A stretch of 64,000 bases of DNA from Neoechinorhynchus agilis (GCA_051530055.1 CM121341.1:1240001-1304000), one strand, 5' to 3'. Counted from the stretch's first letter, positions 35,885 to 51,600 are shown. A program made the numbers and translations. The notes: a model not told the origin generated them from the sequence alone.

Positions 35885-36500
35885 TGTCGATACGTTAGAT
35901 ACCGGATTGTATGATTAGAATTATTGTTTAGGCATTCACCCAGTAAATAATTTTTATTAAAAACGTTTCGAACTTCGTCGGGCTCATCACCAGTTTGATT
36001 ATGAACAACGCGCTCGTGGTTGATTGTTTTTTAAAAATTTTGAGCTATGAAGAAAGAGTTTGTAATCTCGTTAGTCATTCATGTCCGGTTTTTGTTCTTT
36101 GATTAAGAAGGCTTCCTCAATTAAGCGTCGAAAGTTATTATGGTCACTTGCTAAAAACATTGTCTGGTCATAATTGGCCACTGGTCAGTTTGTATTCGAC
36201 GATACCACCTTCTGAGTCTTGGACCGTTTAGGCCATAAGAAACTTTGTAGACAGCAGCCCTCTTTTCCACCTTCTGGTGAGTTTCCGGAAAATTAGGTTT
36301 CCTATCAGCACTGAAGGTTGAAAATAAAATTGGCGTTTTATCGGCAGACCGCTGTTCTTAATTGTCATAGAGATTCTGTTACGCCAAGAGTTGGTTTGTG
36401 GGTCCATCTCCGGGACTCCAATGCACAGGTCCATTCGATTCGGTCCTATGAATGTTTTTCTTTTGGCTGGGTGTCCTCACACGGCTCACTTGCTCCAGCG
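35885..36500 (-). mobile_element. Penelope-like element 3' fragment
   Basis: The minus strand translates ANYDQTMFLASDHNNFRRLIEEAFLIK, with an upstream linker-like segment. The pseudo-LTR carries CTGGTGATGAGCCCGACGAAGTTCGAAACGTTTTTAATAAA. Confidence 0.75.
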
Positions 36501-36617
36501 CTGAAGTAAGAACATCTTTTGGGTCCTTAACTTTCTTAAAATTCTTTTAAATTGTTAGATTTCGTCACTGAGGCACTTCTCATTTCACAACTTCTGTTTT
36601 AGAACTGATTGACGATG

Positions 36618-36683
36618 TTTATTTATTTATTTGTTTATTTATTTCTTTCTTTCTTTCTTTATTTATTTATTTATTTATTTATT
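36618..36683. repeat. (TTTA)n/(TTTC)n microsatellite at the left satellite border
   Basis: Read directly from the sequence. Confidence 0.95.
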
Positions 36684-36699
36684 GCCACAGTTCACACAG

Positions 36700-39600
36700 C
36701 TAGGCGCGCGCTAACAGTAGTGGACGAGTAAAACGCTGCATACCGTCATCAACACTTGGGTGTTCACGTTTAACGAAAGTCTTGAACAAGACCGAACGCC
36801 GCTAACATCAGTCAGTCAACAATCGAGTTGCGCGCTACGCTTTAGTCGACTTCGCGAACAAGCATAGCAACGCAGCACCACGTCACATGTAAGAACAGCA
36901 GTCGCAAGCAAAGACGTAGTGGACCAGACATTACGTCGCAAACGTCAGATACACAACAACGATCCTGCGTTCACGTTTAACGAAGGATTGAACAAGACCG
37001 AGATGCCAACGTCAAATAAACAACAATCTAGTTGTCCGCGCTTTAGCGACGTGCAGTGAACAGCATCGAACGCGCCGCAATCGTCACAGAGACAAAAACA
37101 GCGTGCCAAGCGCGCTAGACGTAGTGGACGATACATCGATGCTGCAAACGTCAGATACACAACAAGATTTCAAAATTTGCAACGAAGCAACAGAGACGCG
37201 AAACGCAATAAAGCTAACAATCGAGTTTTTGCGCACGCTTAGCGACGTAGTGGATCAAGCTACCGAACGCCGCAACGTCACAGAGCCAGCAGCGTTGTGC
37301 GCGCTAAAAGACGTGCGGGACGATACATTACGTTGCAAACGTCAGATACACAACAACATCCACGTGTTCATTGCGTTTAGCGAAGTGCATTGAACAGCAT
37401 CGGCACGCCGCTAACATCAAATAAACAGCAATCAAGTTGTGCGCACAGCTTATCGTGCAACAAGACCGAAAGCCGAGGCAACGTCACAGAGACAAAAATA
37501 CAAAGTTGTGCTCGCTGTTAGACGTAGTTGACGAAGACACGTCGCAAACGTCAGTAGCTGCAACAACATCCTGTGTTCACGTTTAACGAAGCATTGAACA
37601 AGACCGAACGCCGCTAACGTGTGTCATAAACAACAATCGAGCTTGCGCGCACGCTTAGCGACGTAGTGAATACACTCGAACGCCGCAGTCGCCACAGAGA
37701 CACAAGCAGCGCTAAAGCGCGTCGTAGTGGACGATGCATTACGTTGCAAACGTCAGATGCACAACAACATCCCAGAGCTCACGTGGGCTTAACGAAGTAT
37801 TGAACAAAGACCGAAAGCCGCTAACGTCAAATAAACAACAATCGAGTTGCGCGCACGTTTAAGCGACTTAGTGAACAAGTCATCGGCAACGCCACAGAGA
37901 TACAGAATACGCACGCGCAAAGACGTAGCGTGGACCAAACATTCACGCTCGCAAACGTCAAGATACACAACAACATCCTGTGTTCACGTTTAACGAAGTA
38001 TTTAACACGACTGAATCGCCGCCAGCGCGAAATAAACGCAATCGCGTTTTGCGCGCACGCTTAGCGAACGAAGTGACCGAGATCGCGCCGCAACGTCACA
38101 GAGACAAAAACAGCGTTGCGCGCGCTAAAACGGAAGACACGTCGCAACGTCAGATACACAACAACATCCTTGTGTTCATCGCACGATGCAGTACTGAGCA
38201 GCACGAACGCGGCTAACGTCAAAATAAACAACAGATAGAGTTGTGCGCACGCTTAGCGACGCGAACAAGACCGGCAAATCAAGCAATGTCACAGCCATAG
38301 TGCGCGCGTTGAAAGACGCAGCGCGACGACGCAGACATCTCGCAAAACGTCCGATACAAACAAACAACCTGTGTTCACAGTCTAACGAAGGCAATGACCA
38401 CAAAGACGGAACGCCGCTAACGTCACACAAATAACAATCGAGGGTTTGCGCATCGCTTTAGCGACGTAGTGGATCAAGCACTCAGCGCCTAAATGTCACT
38501 GGTGAGACAGAAAAACTACGCGCTGAAGATGCTGAGGGACGCATACACATGCTGCAAACGTCGAAGATACACAACAACATTCCAGGTGTCACGTTTAACG
38601 GAAGCATTGAACAGCATCGAAAGCCGCTAACGTCAAATCAAACAACAATCGAGCAGCGCACGCTTTCAGCGACTTGGCGAGCAGAACGCCGCAACGCCAC
38701 AGAGACAAGAATACGTTGCGCACGCGCAAAGACGGGCGGACCAGACATCATTGTCGCAAATCAGATACACAACATCCTAGGCCGAGAATACATCAATCGA
38801 GTTGCGCGCATTTCCATGACTGATCAACAGAGACAAGGTTGTGCGCGCGCTAAAAGCGAAGTGGACGAGACAATCGGGTGTTCACAAGAGATGAATGGAA
38901 CAAGACCGAACGCTAAATGTCAAACAGGAGCTAGCGACGTAGTGAACAAGACGCGTTGCGCGCGCGCTGAGGGACGATGACAGCAAATCGATCAAACATC
39001 CTTGTGTTTCCAGACGAAGGCTAGCGTGAAATAAATGTGCGCACGCTTAAAGGCAAAGATCGCCAAGGAGACAGTATCATGTGCCAGTGGACGCATGTCG
39101 CAAACGTCAGATACACATTTCCGTGCTCAATGTTAAACAAAGTATTGAACAAGAAAATCGGTGTTAACGTCAAATAAACAATGAAGAAAAGTACGCTTAG
39201 CGACGCAAGAATCGAACGCCGCAACGTCATTATGGAGACTAAAAATATGTTGCGCGCGCTAAAAGACGTAGTGGACCAAGTACACATGCCGCAAACGTCA
39301 GATACACAAATCAACATGTCCTTGTATGTTCACAAAGAGCAACGAAGTATTTAACAAGACAACAGTATGCAGCACGTCACCAAATCGCAATCGAGCTGTG
39401 CGCACGCTTAGCGACGTCACGTGAATGTAGGCACTGACAAAGCTGTCGCAGAGACAAAAACAGTGTTGTGCGCGCTGCTAAAGACGTAGTGGACGAGAAG
39501 ACATGTCGCAAACGTCAGATACACAACAACATCCCAATGTTTGCCTTGAACAAGACTCGAACGCGCTAACATCAAAATTAACAACAACGAGTTTTGCGCA

Positions 39601-42600
39601 CGCTTAGCGACGTAGTGAACAATGAATCGCCGCAACGTCACGGAGAAAACAGCGTTGCGCGCACACGTTAAAAGACGCAAGGGACGAGAGATATCTCGCC
39701 GCGAACGTCAGATACATCAACAACTTTGTGTTCACGTTTAACTAAGTATTGAACAAAGAGTTCTACCGTCAAATAAAAAACAATCGGAAGCCGCAATGTC
39801 ACAGAGATACAAAAATTACAAGTTAAGCGCGCTAAAAGAGTGGACGACATTACGTCGCAAACTTCAGGTACACAACAGAACTTGCGTCAATGTGCATATT
39901 GAACAAGAACGAACGCCGCTAACGTCAAATAAACAACAATCGAGTTGCGCGTAATGCTTTCTTAGTGAACAAGATAGGAACGCAGCAATGTCACAGAGAC
40001 AAAAATGCGGGTTGCGCGCGCTAACAGATGGTGGGCGAGACATTACGTTGCAAACGTCAGATGTACACAACAACACAACTTGTACCTAACGAAATTTATA
40101 CAACAAGACAAACCGCTAACGTAAATGTTCACCGAGTGCACGTACAAGACGTCCAGAAGCTGCAATGCCAATTGCGAGTATCATGCCAAAAGCGCGCTAA
40201 AGACGTGTAGTGATCTATACACATGTCGCAAACGCTTGACAATACCAACATCTCTGTGTTCACGTTTAACGAAGTTCCTACCGAACGCCAAGCACACCGA
40301 GTTGCGCGCACGCTTGTCGACTTGCGCATAGAACGTAGCAACGTCAAGTTGAGCACAACAGCGCTTCAGTACAAAGATCGGTACCAGACATTGCTGCCGC
40401 AAACCTGCGATTACTGGCACACATATCCTTGGGGTGTTCACGTTTAACGACAAATCAAGATATCGAACGTACAAGCACAACAACAAGAAAAGTACGCTTA
40501 GCGACGAGTGAACAGCACGGAACGCCGCAACGTCAAGAAAACAAGAAAGCGCGCAAAAGACGTAGCGGACGAGCCAATGGGGGATACAAACATGTTCATT
40601 GCTTAACTACTGAACGCTAGCGAAATAAACAACAATCGGCACGCTAGCGACGTAGCTAACAAGACACACAGAGGTTGTGCGCGCTGTAGTGGACATCCAC
40701 AACAAAATGTTCACAAGATCTAGAATGGGAGACCGAAAACTGCTAACGTCAAATTCGGGTTGCAGCGCACGCTTAGCGACGCAAGACCGAAAGTTCTTAA
40801 ACGTCACAGAGACAAAAAACAGTGTTGTGCTCAAGTTGTGACTGTAGTTGACGAGAAGACATACAAAAAGTCAGATTGCCATAACAACATCCCAGTTCAC
40901 GAAAACGAAGTATTGAATACATTGAACGTCGCTAACGTCAAATAAACAACAATCGAGTTGCAGCGCACGCTTAGCGACGTGGCGAAGCATCGAACGTTCG
41001 CAATTGCCGGCATACATGTTGTGCGCGCAAGCAAAGACGTAGTGGACGAGACATTACGCCGCAAACGTCCGGATACACAACAACATCCTGCGTTCACTGC
41101 TTAAACGAAGCAATGAACAAGACACAAATCAAACAACAATCGAGTTGCGCGCACGCTTAGCGACGTAGTCAAGACATCGAAAGCCGCAACGCCACAGGAG
41201 ACAAAAACAGCGCCGTGCTCGCTAAAGATGCGAAGCTGACGAGCACGACATGTCGCAAACGTCAGATTGTCTCACAACAACATCGCTCTGTGTTCACGCT
41301 GCATAACGAAGTTCGAACAGCATCGAACGCCATGCAACGTCAAATCAAACAACAATCGAGTTTTGCGCAAAGTTTGCACGCTTGAACAAGACGTCGACAT
41401 GGAGATCGTGTTGCGCGCGCGCTAAAAGACGCAGGACGACACTACGTCGCGAAACGTCAGATACACAATGCAACAACCTTGTGTTCACGTTTAAACGAAG
41501 TATTGAACAAGACGAAAGTTTCCTAACGTCACCAAATATCATCTACAGTTGTGCGTACTTAGCGACGTGGAGAATACATCGGAATGTTGCAGTCAAAAAA
41601 CAAGTTAAGCGCGCTAAAGACGTAGCGGACGAGACATTACGTCGCAAACTCGTAGGTACACAAATATCCTTGCGTTCACGTTTAACGAATTCTACAACAG
41701 CACGGTCGCCGCTAATCAAATAGTCATCAACGAGCTGTGCGTACGCTTAGCGACTCGCGAACAAGATTTAGAACGCAGCACCGTCACAGAGCATGTTAGT
41801 GTGCGCGCGCTAACAGACGTAGCGGGCAAGCATGTTGCAAACGTCAGATACACAACAACACAACTTGTGTGTTCACGTTTAACGAAGTATTTATCAGATT
41901 GAACGCCGCTAACGCACAAACAACAATAGAGTGGTGCGCACGCTTAGCGATCAGTGCAACAAGACCGGAACGCCGCAACGTCACAGAGACAAAAACAGCT
42001 TGTGCGCGCAGCAAAAGATGTAGCGGACGGCGAGACATGTCGCAAACGTCAGATACACAACAACATCCTGTGTCCACGTGCCAAAACGAAGCATTGAACA
42101 GCATCGAACGTTGCTAACGTCGGAATAAACAATAGGAAGAAGCGCACGTGTATGACGTGACAGTACAAGCTGAGAACGCCGCAACGTCGCGTAGACAAAA
42201 ACAGTGTTGTGCGCGTCAGCTAAAAGACTTGCAGCGGACGAGACATTACGTCGCAAACGTCAGATACACAACATCCTGTACACTGCCAAACCTATTGAAT
42301 CAGCATCGAATGTCAGCACGTCACAACAACAATATGCTGTGCGCACGCTTAGCGACGTAGTGAGGTAACATCACAGAGACAAAAATGTTGTGCGCGCAGC
42401 CAAAGATGCAGCGGACGACAGCCTGCAAACGTCCGATACCATTCTGTGTTCATGTTTATTGAACAGCATGAACAAGCAAGGAAATAAACATCAATCGAGC
42501 AAGTACCCAATGCTTAGCGACGTAGCTAACTGTACTATCGGTGCTGCAACGCCAAGGCATATAGCCATACAGTGCTGACGTAGTGGACGAGAGCACATGT

Positions 42601-45600
42601 CGCAAACGTCAGATACACAACAATATCATGTGTTCACGTTTAACGAAGTATTGAACAAGACCGAATTCGCTGACGTAAACGTCACAACAATCGAGTTGTA
42701 GTGTACGCTTTCAGTTTGACGTGAACAAGACCGAGACCGCAGCCAGCGTCATAGCGCGCTAAAAAGCAGCGTAGTAGACCAGGCGAATGGACGTCGCAAA
42801 CGACATGATTTAAAACACAACAACATACACATTCTGTGTTCACGTTTAATCGAAGCATTTGAACAAGACTCGAAACGTCGCTAACGTTAAATCGAGCAGA
42901 GGCACCGCGTTGTGCGCACGCTAGTGAACAAGACCGAATCGCCGCAACGACACAGACAAGACAGTTGTGCGCGCTGAGACGTAGCGGACGACACACGATC
43001 GTCGCAAACGTCCGATACACAAATTCAACATCCCTAGGTTCACAAACGAAGGTATTAGGATCACATCGAAAAGCTCGCTAACGTCAAATAAACAACAACC
43101 GAGTTGGTGCGCACGCTTTAGCGACGTAGAGAACAGCATCGAATGCTGCAATCGCCACAGAGACAAGAACAGCAACATGTTGCGCGCGCTAAAAAGACGG
43201 GTGGACCACGACATTACGTCGCAAACGACAAAGATACACAATCGGCAACATCCCGTGCATTGCTTTAACGAAGTATTTGAACAAGCATCGAACGTTGCCA
43301 GCACAAATGCACACTGAGGTGCGCGCACGCTTAGCGACGTAGTGAACAGGACCGCACTGCCGTGTCACGGGAGATCAAAAACAGCGTTGCGCGCGCGCTA
43401 AAGCATTTATAGTGGACGAGACATGTCGCGAACGTCAGATACAACAACAACCTTGTGTCCACGTCTAAACCAAGTATTGAACAAGACCGAAAAGCCCTAA
43501 CGTCAAATAAAAAACAATCTGTAGTGCGCACGTGCTTAGCGACGTAGTGAACAGCATCAACTGCCGCAACGTTCACAGACAGTCAGTGTAGTGCGCGCGC
43601 TAAAAGATGTGTAGTGGACGAGACATTACGTCTGCAAAACTTTCAGGTACACAGATACCATTCTAGGTATCGCGTCTAACGAAGTAATGAATGTTTAATG
43701 AACGCCGCTAACGTCAAATAGACACACAATCGAGTTGTGCGTACGCTTTAAGCGACTAGTGAACAAGAGAACGCTGCAACGTCACAGAGAGCAAGACAGG
43801 CAGTGCGCGCTAACAGACGCAGTGGACGAGTATATTACAGGTCGCAAACGTCAGATACATCAACACATATCTCCAGGTGCACGCGTCAACGAAAGCATTG
43901 AACAAGATTGAAAACCGCTAACGTACAAATAAACAATCGAAGTTGTGCGCACGCTGTAAAGCACGTAGCGAAATACAATGGAACGCCGCATCGGCCACAG
44001 AAAACAGTCGTTGTGCAGCGCAAAAGACAAGCGGACGACGCGTTGACATGTCGCGAAAGGATACACAACAATACATCCTTGTGTCCACAGTTTCAACGAA
44101 GTCTTGAACAAGAATGCGAACGCCGTCATCAAACAACAACAGCGAGTTGCGCGCTTTACGACGTAGCGAACAAGAGCACGAAAGCGCCGCAACGTCGCAG
44201 AGACACAAACGAGCGTAGCGCGCGCGCTAAAGACGCAGTGCGTACGAGACATTACGTCGCAAACGTCCAGATACACAACCGCAACATAGTGTGCACGTTT
44301 GGCAGAAGTACTTTGAACAGCACTGAACGCCGCTAACGTCAAATAAACAACAAACGAAGTTTTGCGCACGTTTAGCGACGTAGGCAACACGAACGGCGGC
44401 AACGTCACGGAGAGAAAACAGCACAGGCGCGCGTTGTGACGCAGCGGACGATACACAGGCTCGTAAACGTCCGACAAAGATGACATCTGTGTTCGTTTAA
44501 CGAAGTATTGAACAAGAGCTAGCGTGAAATAAACAACACCGCACGCTTAGCGACGGAAGCACAAGACGGAAAGCCGTGTACGGAAACAGTCAAAGCTGTG
44601 CGCACGTGTGATGAGTATTAGCGTCGCGAACGTCAGATACACAACAACAACTTTGTGTTCACAACTGCTTAACTGACGTAGTGAACAGCACGGAACGTTT
44701 CGCAACGCACTACAGTACGATTTTAAAATGGGCATTTAGTCGCTGCAATCGTCAAGTATGACAAAGTTAAGCGCGCTAAAGACGTAGTGGACGAGACATT
44801 ACGTCGCAAACTTCAGGTACACAAATAGATCCTTGTGTTCACGTTTAACGAAAGCATTGAACAGAACGAACGCCGCTAACGTCAAATAAACAACAATCGA
44901 GTTGTGCGTACGCTTAGCGACTTAGTGAACAAGCATAGGAACGGCAACGTCACAGAGACAAAAAACAGCGCCAGTGCGCGCGCTAACAGACGTGCGTGGG
45001 CGAGACATTATGTTGCAAACGTCAGATAACACAACAACATCCTTGCGTTCACGTTTAACGAAGTATTGAATACCGAAACCGCTAACGTAAATAAACAAAT
45101 ACCGAGTTGTGTGCGCACGTGTAGTCGCAGGAACAAGACGCCACAGTACAGTGTTGCGCGCGCTAGAGACGTAGTGGACGAGTACACATATCGCAACGGT
45201 GCCAGATACACAACAACAACATCCCAGCGTTCACCGTTTAACGAAAGTCTTGAACAAGACCGAACGTCGAAATAAACAACAATCGAGTTGCGCGCACGCT
45301 TAGCGACTCAGCGAACAGCATTAGAACGCAGCAACGTCAACATAGACAACAGCAGCGCTGTGCTAAAAAGACGTAGTGTACCAGACATTACGTCGCAAAC
45401 CTCAGATACACAACAACATCCCGTACAATTCACTGTTTAACGAAGAGCACCGAACGCTGGTGCCGCTAACGTCAGATCAGCAACAAAGAGAGCTCAAAGC
45501 GCACGCTAGCGACGTAGTGAACGAAACTCGAATGCTGCAACGTCACAGAGCATGAAAACAGCGCCGCGCGCGTCGCCAAAAGCACGTAAGCGGACGATAC

Positions 45601-48600
45601 ATTACCTTCGCAAAACGTCCGATACAAAACAACATCCTTGTGTTCACGTTTAACGAAGCATTGAACAAGACCGAACGCCGCTAGCGTGAAATAAACAACA
45701 ATCGAGTTGTGCGCACGCTTAGCGACGTAGCTAACAAGACCGAACGCCGCAACGTCACGGAGACAAAAACAGCGTTGTGCGCGCGCTGAAAGACGTAGTG
45801 GACAAGACACTACGTCGCAAACGTCAGATAGACAACAACATCCTTGTGTTCACGTTAAACGAAGTATTGAACAAGACTGAAAACCGCTAACGTCAAATAA
45901 ACAACAATCAAGTTGTGCGCACGCTTAGCGACGTAGTAAACAAGACCGAAAGCCGCAACGTCACAGAGACAAAAACAGCGTTGTGCTCGCTAAAAGACGT
46001 AGTTGACGAGACATTACGTCGCAAACGTCAGATACACAACAACATCCTTGTGTTTACGTTTAACGAAGTATTGAACAAGACCGAACGATGCTAACGTCAA
46101 ATAAACAACAATCGAGTTGTGCGCACGCTTAGCGACGTGGTGAACAAGACCGAACGCCGCAACGTCACAGAGACAAAAACAGCGTTGTGCGCGCGCTAAA
46201 AGACGTAGTGGACGAGACATTACGTCGCAAACGTCAGATACACAACAACATCCTTGTGTTCACGTTAAACGAAGTATTGAACAAGACCGAAAGCCGCTAA
46301 CGTCAAATAAACAACAATCAAGTTGTGCGCACGCTTAGCGACGTAGTGAACAAGACCGAAAGCCGCAACGTCACAGAGACAAAAACAGCGTTGTGCTCGC
46401 TAAAAGACGTAGTTGACGAGACATTACGTCGCAAACGTCAGATACACAACAACATCCTTGTGTTCACGTTTAACGAAGTCTTGAACAAGACCGAACGCCG
46501 CTAACATCAAATTAACAACAATCGAGTTTTGCGCACGCTTAGCGACGTAGTGAACAAGACCGAACGCCGCAACGTAACGGAGACAAAAACAGCGTTGTGC
46601 GCACGCTAAAAGACGTAGTGGACGAGACATTACGTCGCGAACGTCAGATACACAACAACAACCTTGTGTTCACGTTTAACTAAGTATTGAACAAGACCGA
46701 AAGCCCCTAACGTCAAATAAACAACAATCTCGTTGTGCGCACGCTTAGCGACGTAGTGAACAAGACCGAACGCCGCAACGTCACAGAGACAAAAACAGCG
46801 TTAAGCGCGCTAAAAGACGTAGTGGACGAGACATTACGTCGCAAACTTCAGGTACACAAATAGATCCTTGTGTTCACGTTTAACGAAGTATTGAACAAGA
46901 ACGAACGCCGCTAACGTCAAATAAACAACAATCGAGTTGTGCGTACGCTTAGCGACTTAGTGAACAAGATAGAACGCAGCAACGTCACAGAGACAAAAAC
47001 AGCGTTGCGCGCGCTAAAAGACGTAGTGGACAAGACATTACGTCGCAAACGTCAGATACACAACAACATCCATGTGTTCACATTTAACGAAGTATTGAAC
47101 AAGACCGAACGCCGCTAACGTAAAATAAACAACAATCGAGTTGTGCGCACGCTTAGCGACGTAGTGAACAAGACCGAATGCCGCAACGTCACAGAGACAA
47201 AAACAGCGTTAAGCGCGCTAAAAGACGTAGTGGACGAGACATTACGTTGCAAACGTCAGATACACAACAACATCCTTGTGTTCACGTTTAACGAAGTATT
47301 GAACAAGACCGAAAACCGCTAACGTAAATAAACAACAATCGAGTTGTGCGCACGTGTAGCGACGTAGTGAACAAGACCGAACGCCGCAACGCCACAGAGA
47401 CAAAAACAGCGTTGTGCGCGCTAAAAGACGTAGTGGACGAGACATTACGTCGCAAACGTTAGATACACAACAACAACATCCTTGTGTTCACGTTTAACGA
47501 AGTCTTAAACAAGACCGAACGCCGCTAACATCAAATAAACAACAATCGAGTTGTGCGCACGCTTAGCGACTTAGTGAACAAGATAGAACGCAGCAACGTC
47601 ATATAGACAAGAACAGCGTTGTGCGCGCGCTAAAAGACGTAGTGTACCAGACATTACGTCGCAAACCTCAGATACACAACAACATCCTTGTGTTCACGTT
47701 TAACGAAGTATTGAACAAGACCGAACGTCGCTAACGTCAAATAAACAACAAAAGAGTTGTGCGCACGCTTAGCGACGTAGTGAACAAGACCGAACGCCGC
47801 AACGTCACAGAGAGAAAAACAGCGTTGTGCGCGCGTTAAAAGACGTAGCGGACGATACATTACCTCGCAAACGTCCGATATAAAACAACATCCTTGTGTT
47901 CACGTTTAACGAAGTATTGAACAAGACCGAACGCCGCTAACGTCAAATAAACAACAACCGAGTTGTGCGCACGCTTAGCGACGTAGTGAACCAGATAGAA
48001 CGCAGCAACGTCACAGAGACAAAAACAGCGTTGTGCGCGCGCTAAAAGACGTAGTGGACGAGACATTTCGTCGCAAACGTCAAATACGCAACAACATCCT
48101 TGTGTTCACGTTTAACGAAGTATTGAACAAGACCGAACGCCGCTAACGTCAAATAAACAACAATCGAGTTGTGCGCACGCTTAGCGACGTAGTGAACAAG
48201 ACCCAGCGCCCCAACGTCACGGAGACAAAAACAGCGTTGTGCGCGCGCTAAAAGACGTAGTGGACGAGACATTACGTCGCAAACGTCAGATACACAACAA
48301 CATCCATGTGTTCACGTTTAACGAAGTATTGAACAAGACCGAACGCCGCTAACGTCAAATAAACAACAATAGAGTTGTGCGTACGCTTAGCGACTTAGTG
48401 AACAAGATAGAACGCAGCAACGTCACAGAGATAAAAACAGCGTTGTGCACGCTAAAAAAACGTAGTGGACGAGATATTACGTCGCAAACGTCAGATACAC
48501 AACAACATCCTTGTGTTCACGTTTAACTAAGTATTGAACAAGACCGACAGCCGCTAACGTCAAATAAACAACAATCTAGTTGTGCGCACGCTTAGCGACG

Positions 48601-51600
48601 TAGTGAACAAGACCGAACGCCGCAACGTCACAGAGACGAAAACAGCGTTGCGCGCGCTAAAAGACGTAGTGGACGAGACATTACGTCGCAAACGTCAGAT
48701 ACACAACAACATCCATGTGTTCACGTTTAACGAAATATTGAACAAGACCGAACGCCGCTAATGTCAAATAAACAACAATCGAGTTGTGCGTACGCTTAGC
48801 GACTTAGTGAACAAGATAGAACGCAGCAACGTCACAGAGATAAAAACAGCGTTGTGCACGCTAAACGACGTAGTGGACGAGGTATTACGTCGCAAACGTC
48901 AGATACACAACAACATCCTTGTGTTCACGTTTAACTAAGTATTGAACAAGACCGAAAGCCGCTAACGTCAAATAAACAACAATCTAGTTGTGCGCACGCT
49001 TAGCGACGTAGTGAACAAGACCGAACGCCGCAACGTCACAGAGACAAAAACAGCGTTGCGCGCGCTAAAAGACGTAGTGGACAAGACATTACGTCGCAAA
49101 CGTCAGATACACAACAACATCCATGTGTTCACATTTAACGAAGTATTGAACAAGACCGAACGCCGCTAACGTAAAATAAACAACAATCGAGTTGTGCGCA
49201 CGCATAGCGACGTAGTGAACAAGACCGAACGCCGCAACGTCACAGAGACAAAAACAGCGTTAAGCGCGCTAAAAGACGTAGTGGACGAGACATTACGTCC
49301 CAAACTTCAGGTACACAACAAGATCCTTGTGTTCACGTTTAACGAAGTATTGAACAAGACCGAACGCCGCTAACGTCAAATAAACAACAATCGAGTTGTG
49401 CGCACGCTTAGCGACGTAGTGAACAAGACCGAACGCCGCAACGTCACAGAGACAAAAACAGCGTTGTGCGCTCGCTAAAAGACGTAGTGGACGAGACATT
49501 ACGTTGCAAACGTCAGATACACAACAACATCCTTGTGTTCACGTTTAACGAAGTATTGAACAAGACCGAAAGCCGCTAACGTCAAATAAACAACAATCGA
49601 GTTGTGCGCACGATTAGCGACGTGGTGAAAAAGAGCGAACGCCGCAACGCCACAGAGACAAAAACAGCGTTGTGCGCGCGCTAAAAGACGTAGTTGACGA
49701 AACATTACGTCGCAAACGTCAGATACACAACCACATCCATGTGTTCACGTTTAACGAAGTATTGAACAAGACCGAACGCCGCTAACGTCAAATAAACAAC
49801 AATCGAGTTGTGCGCACGCTTAGCGACGTAGCGAACAAGACCGAACGCCGCAACGTCACAGAGACAAAAACAGCGTTGTGCGCGCGCTGAAAGACGTAGT
49901 GGACGAGACATTACGTCGCAAACGTCAGATACACAACAGCATCCTTGTGTTCACGTTTAACGAAGTATTGAACAAGACCGAACGCCGCTAACGTCAAATA
50001 AACAACAATCGAGTTGTGCGCACGCCTAGCGACGTAGTGAACAAGACCGAACGCCGCAACGTCGCAGATACAAAAACAGCGTTGTTCGCGCGCTGAAAGA
50101 CGTAGTGGACGAGACATTACGTCGCAAACGTCAGATACACAACAACATCCTTGTGTTCACGTTTAACGAAGTATTGAACAAGACCGAACGCCGCTAACGT
50201 CAAGTAAACAACAATCGAGTTGTGCGCACGCTTAGCGACGTGGTGAACAAGACCGAACGCCGCAACGTCACAGAGACAAAAACAGCGTTGTGCGCGCTAA
50301 AAGACGTAGTGGACGAGACATTACGTCGCAAACGTCAGATACACAACAACATCCATGTGTTCACGTTTAACGAAGTAGTTAACAAGACCGAACGCCGCTA
50401 ACGTCAAATAAATAACAATCGAGTTGTGCGCACGCTTAGCGACGTAGTGAACAAGACCGAACGCCGCAACGTCACAGAGACAAAAACAGCGTTGTGCGCG
50501 CGCTGAAAGACGTAGTTGACGAGACATTACGTCACAAACGTCAGATACACAACAACATCCATGTGTTCACGTTTAACGAAGTATTGAACAAGACCGAACG
50601 CCGCTAACGTCAAATAAACAACAATCGAGTTGTGCGCACGCTTAGCGACGTAGTGAACAAGACCGAACGCCGCAACGTCACAGAGACAAAAACAGCGTTG
50701 TGCGCGCTAAAAGACGTAGTGGACGAGACATTACGTCGCAAACGTCAGATAGACAACAACATCCTTGTGTTCACGTTTAACGAAGTATTGAACAAGACCG
50801 AACGCCGCAACGTCACAGAGACAAAAACAGCATTGTGCGCACGCTTAGCGACGTGGTGAACAAGAGCGAACGCCGCAACGCCACAGAGACAAAAACAGCG
50901 TTGTGCGCGCGCTAAAAGACGTAGTTGACGAAACATTACGTCGAAAACGTCAGATACACAACAACATCCATGTGTTCACGTTTAACGAAGTATTTAACAA
51001 GACCGAACGCCGCTAACGTCAAATAAACAACAATCGATTTGTGCGCACGCTTAGTGACGTAGTGAACAAGATCGAACGCCGCAACGTCACAGAGACAAAA
51101 ACAGCGTTGTGCGCGCGCTAAAAGACGTAGTGGACAAGACACTACGTCGCAAACGTCAGATAGACAACAAAATCCTTGTGTTCACGTTTAACGAAGTATT
51201 GAACAAAACCGAACGCCGCTAACATCAAATAAACAACAATCGAGTTGTGCGCACGCTTAGCGACGTAGTGAACAAGACCGAACGCCGCAACGTCACAGAG
51301 ATAGAAACAGCGTTGTGCGCGCTAAAAGAAGTAGTTGGACGAGACATTACGTCGCAAACGTAAGATACACAACAACATCCATGTGTTCATGTTTAACGAA
51401 GTATTGAACAAGACCGAACGCCGCAACGTCACAGAGACAAAAACAGCGTTGTGCGCACGCTTAGCGACGTGGTGGACAAGACCGAACGCCGCAACGCCAC
51501 AGAGACAAAAACAGCGTTGTGCGCGCGCTAAAAGACGTAGTGGACGAGACACTACGTCGCAAACGTCAGATACACAACAACATCCACGTGTTCACGTTTA

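Noticed and set aside
49530-49560. CENP-B-box-like CTTCGTTAAACGTGA and CDEI-like TTCACGTT in sub-monomer C
   Set aside because: The TTCG-to-CG spacing is 5 nt rather than 7 and CGGG is not matched. The resemblance is plausible by chance in a CpG-rich unit.
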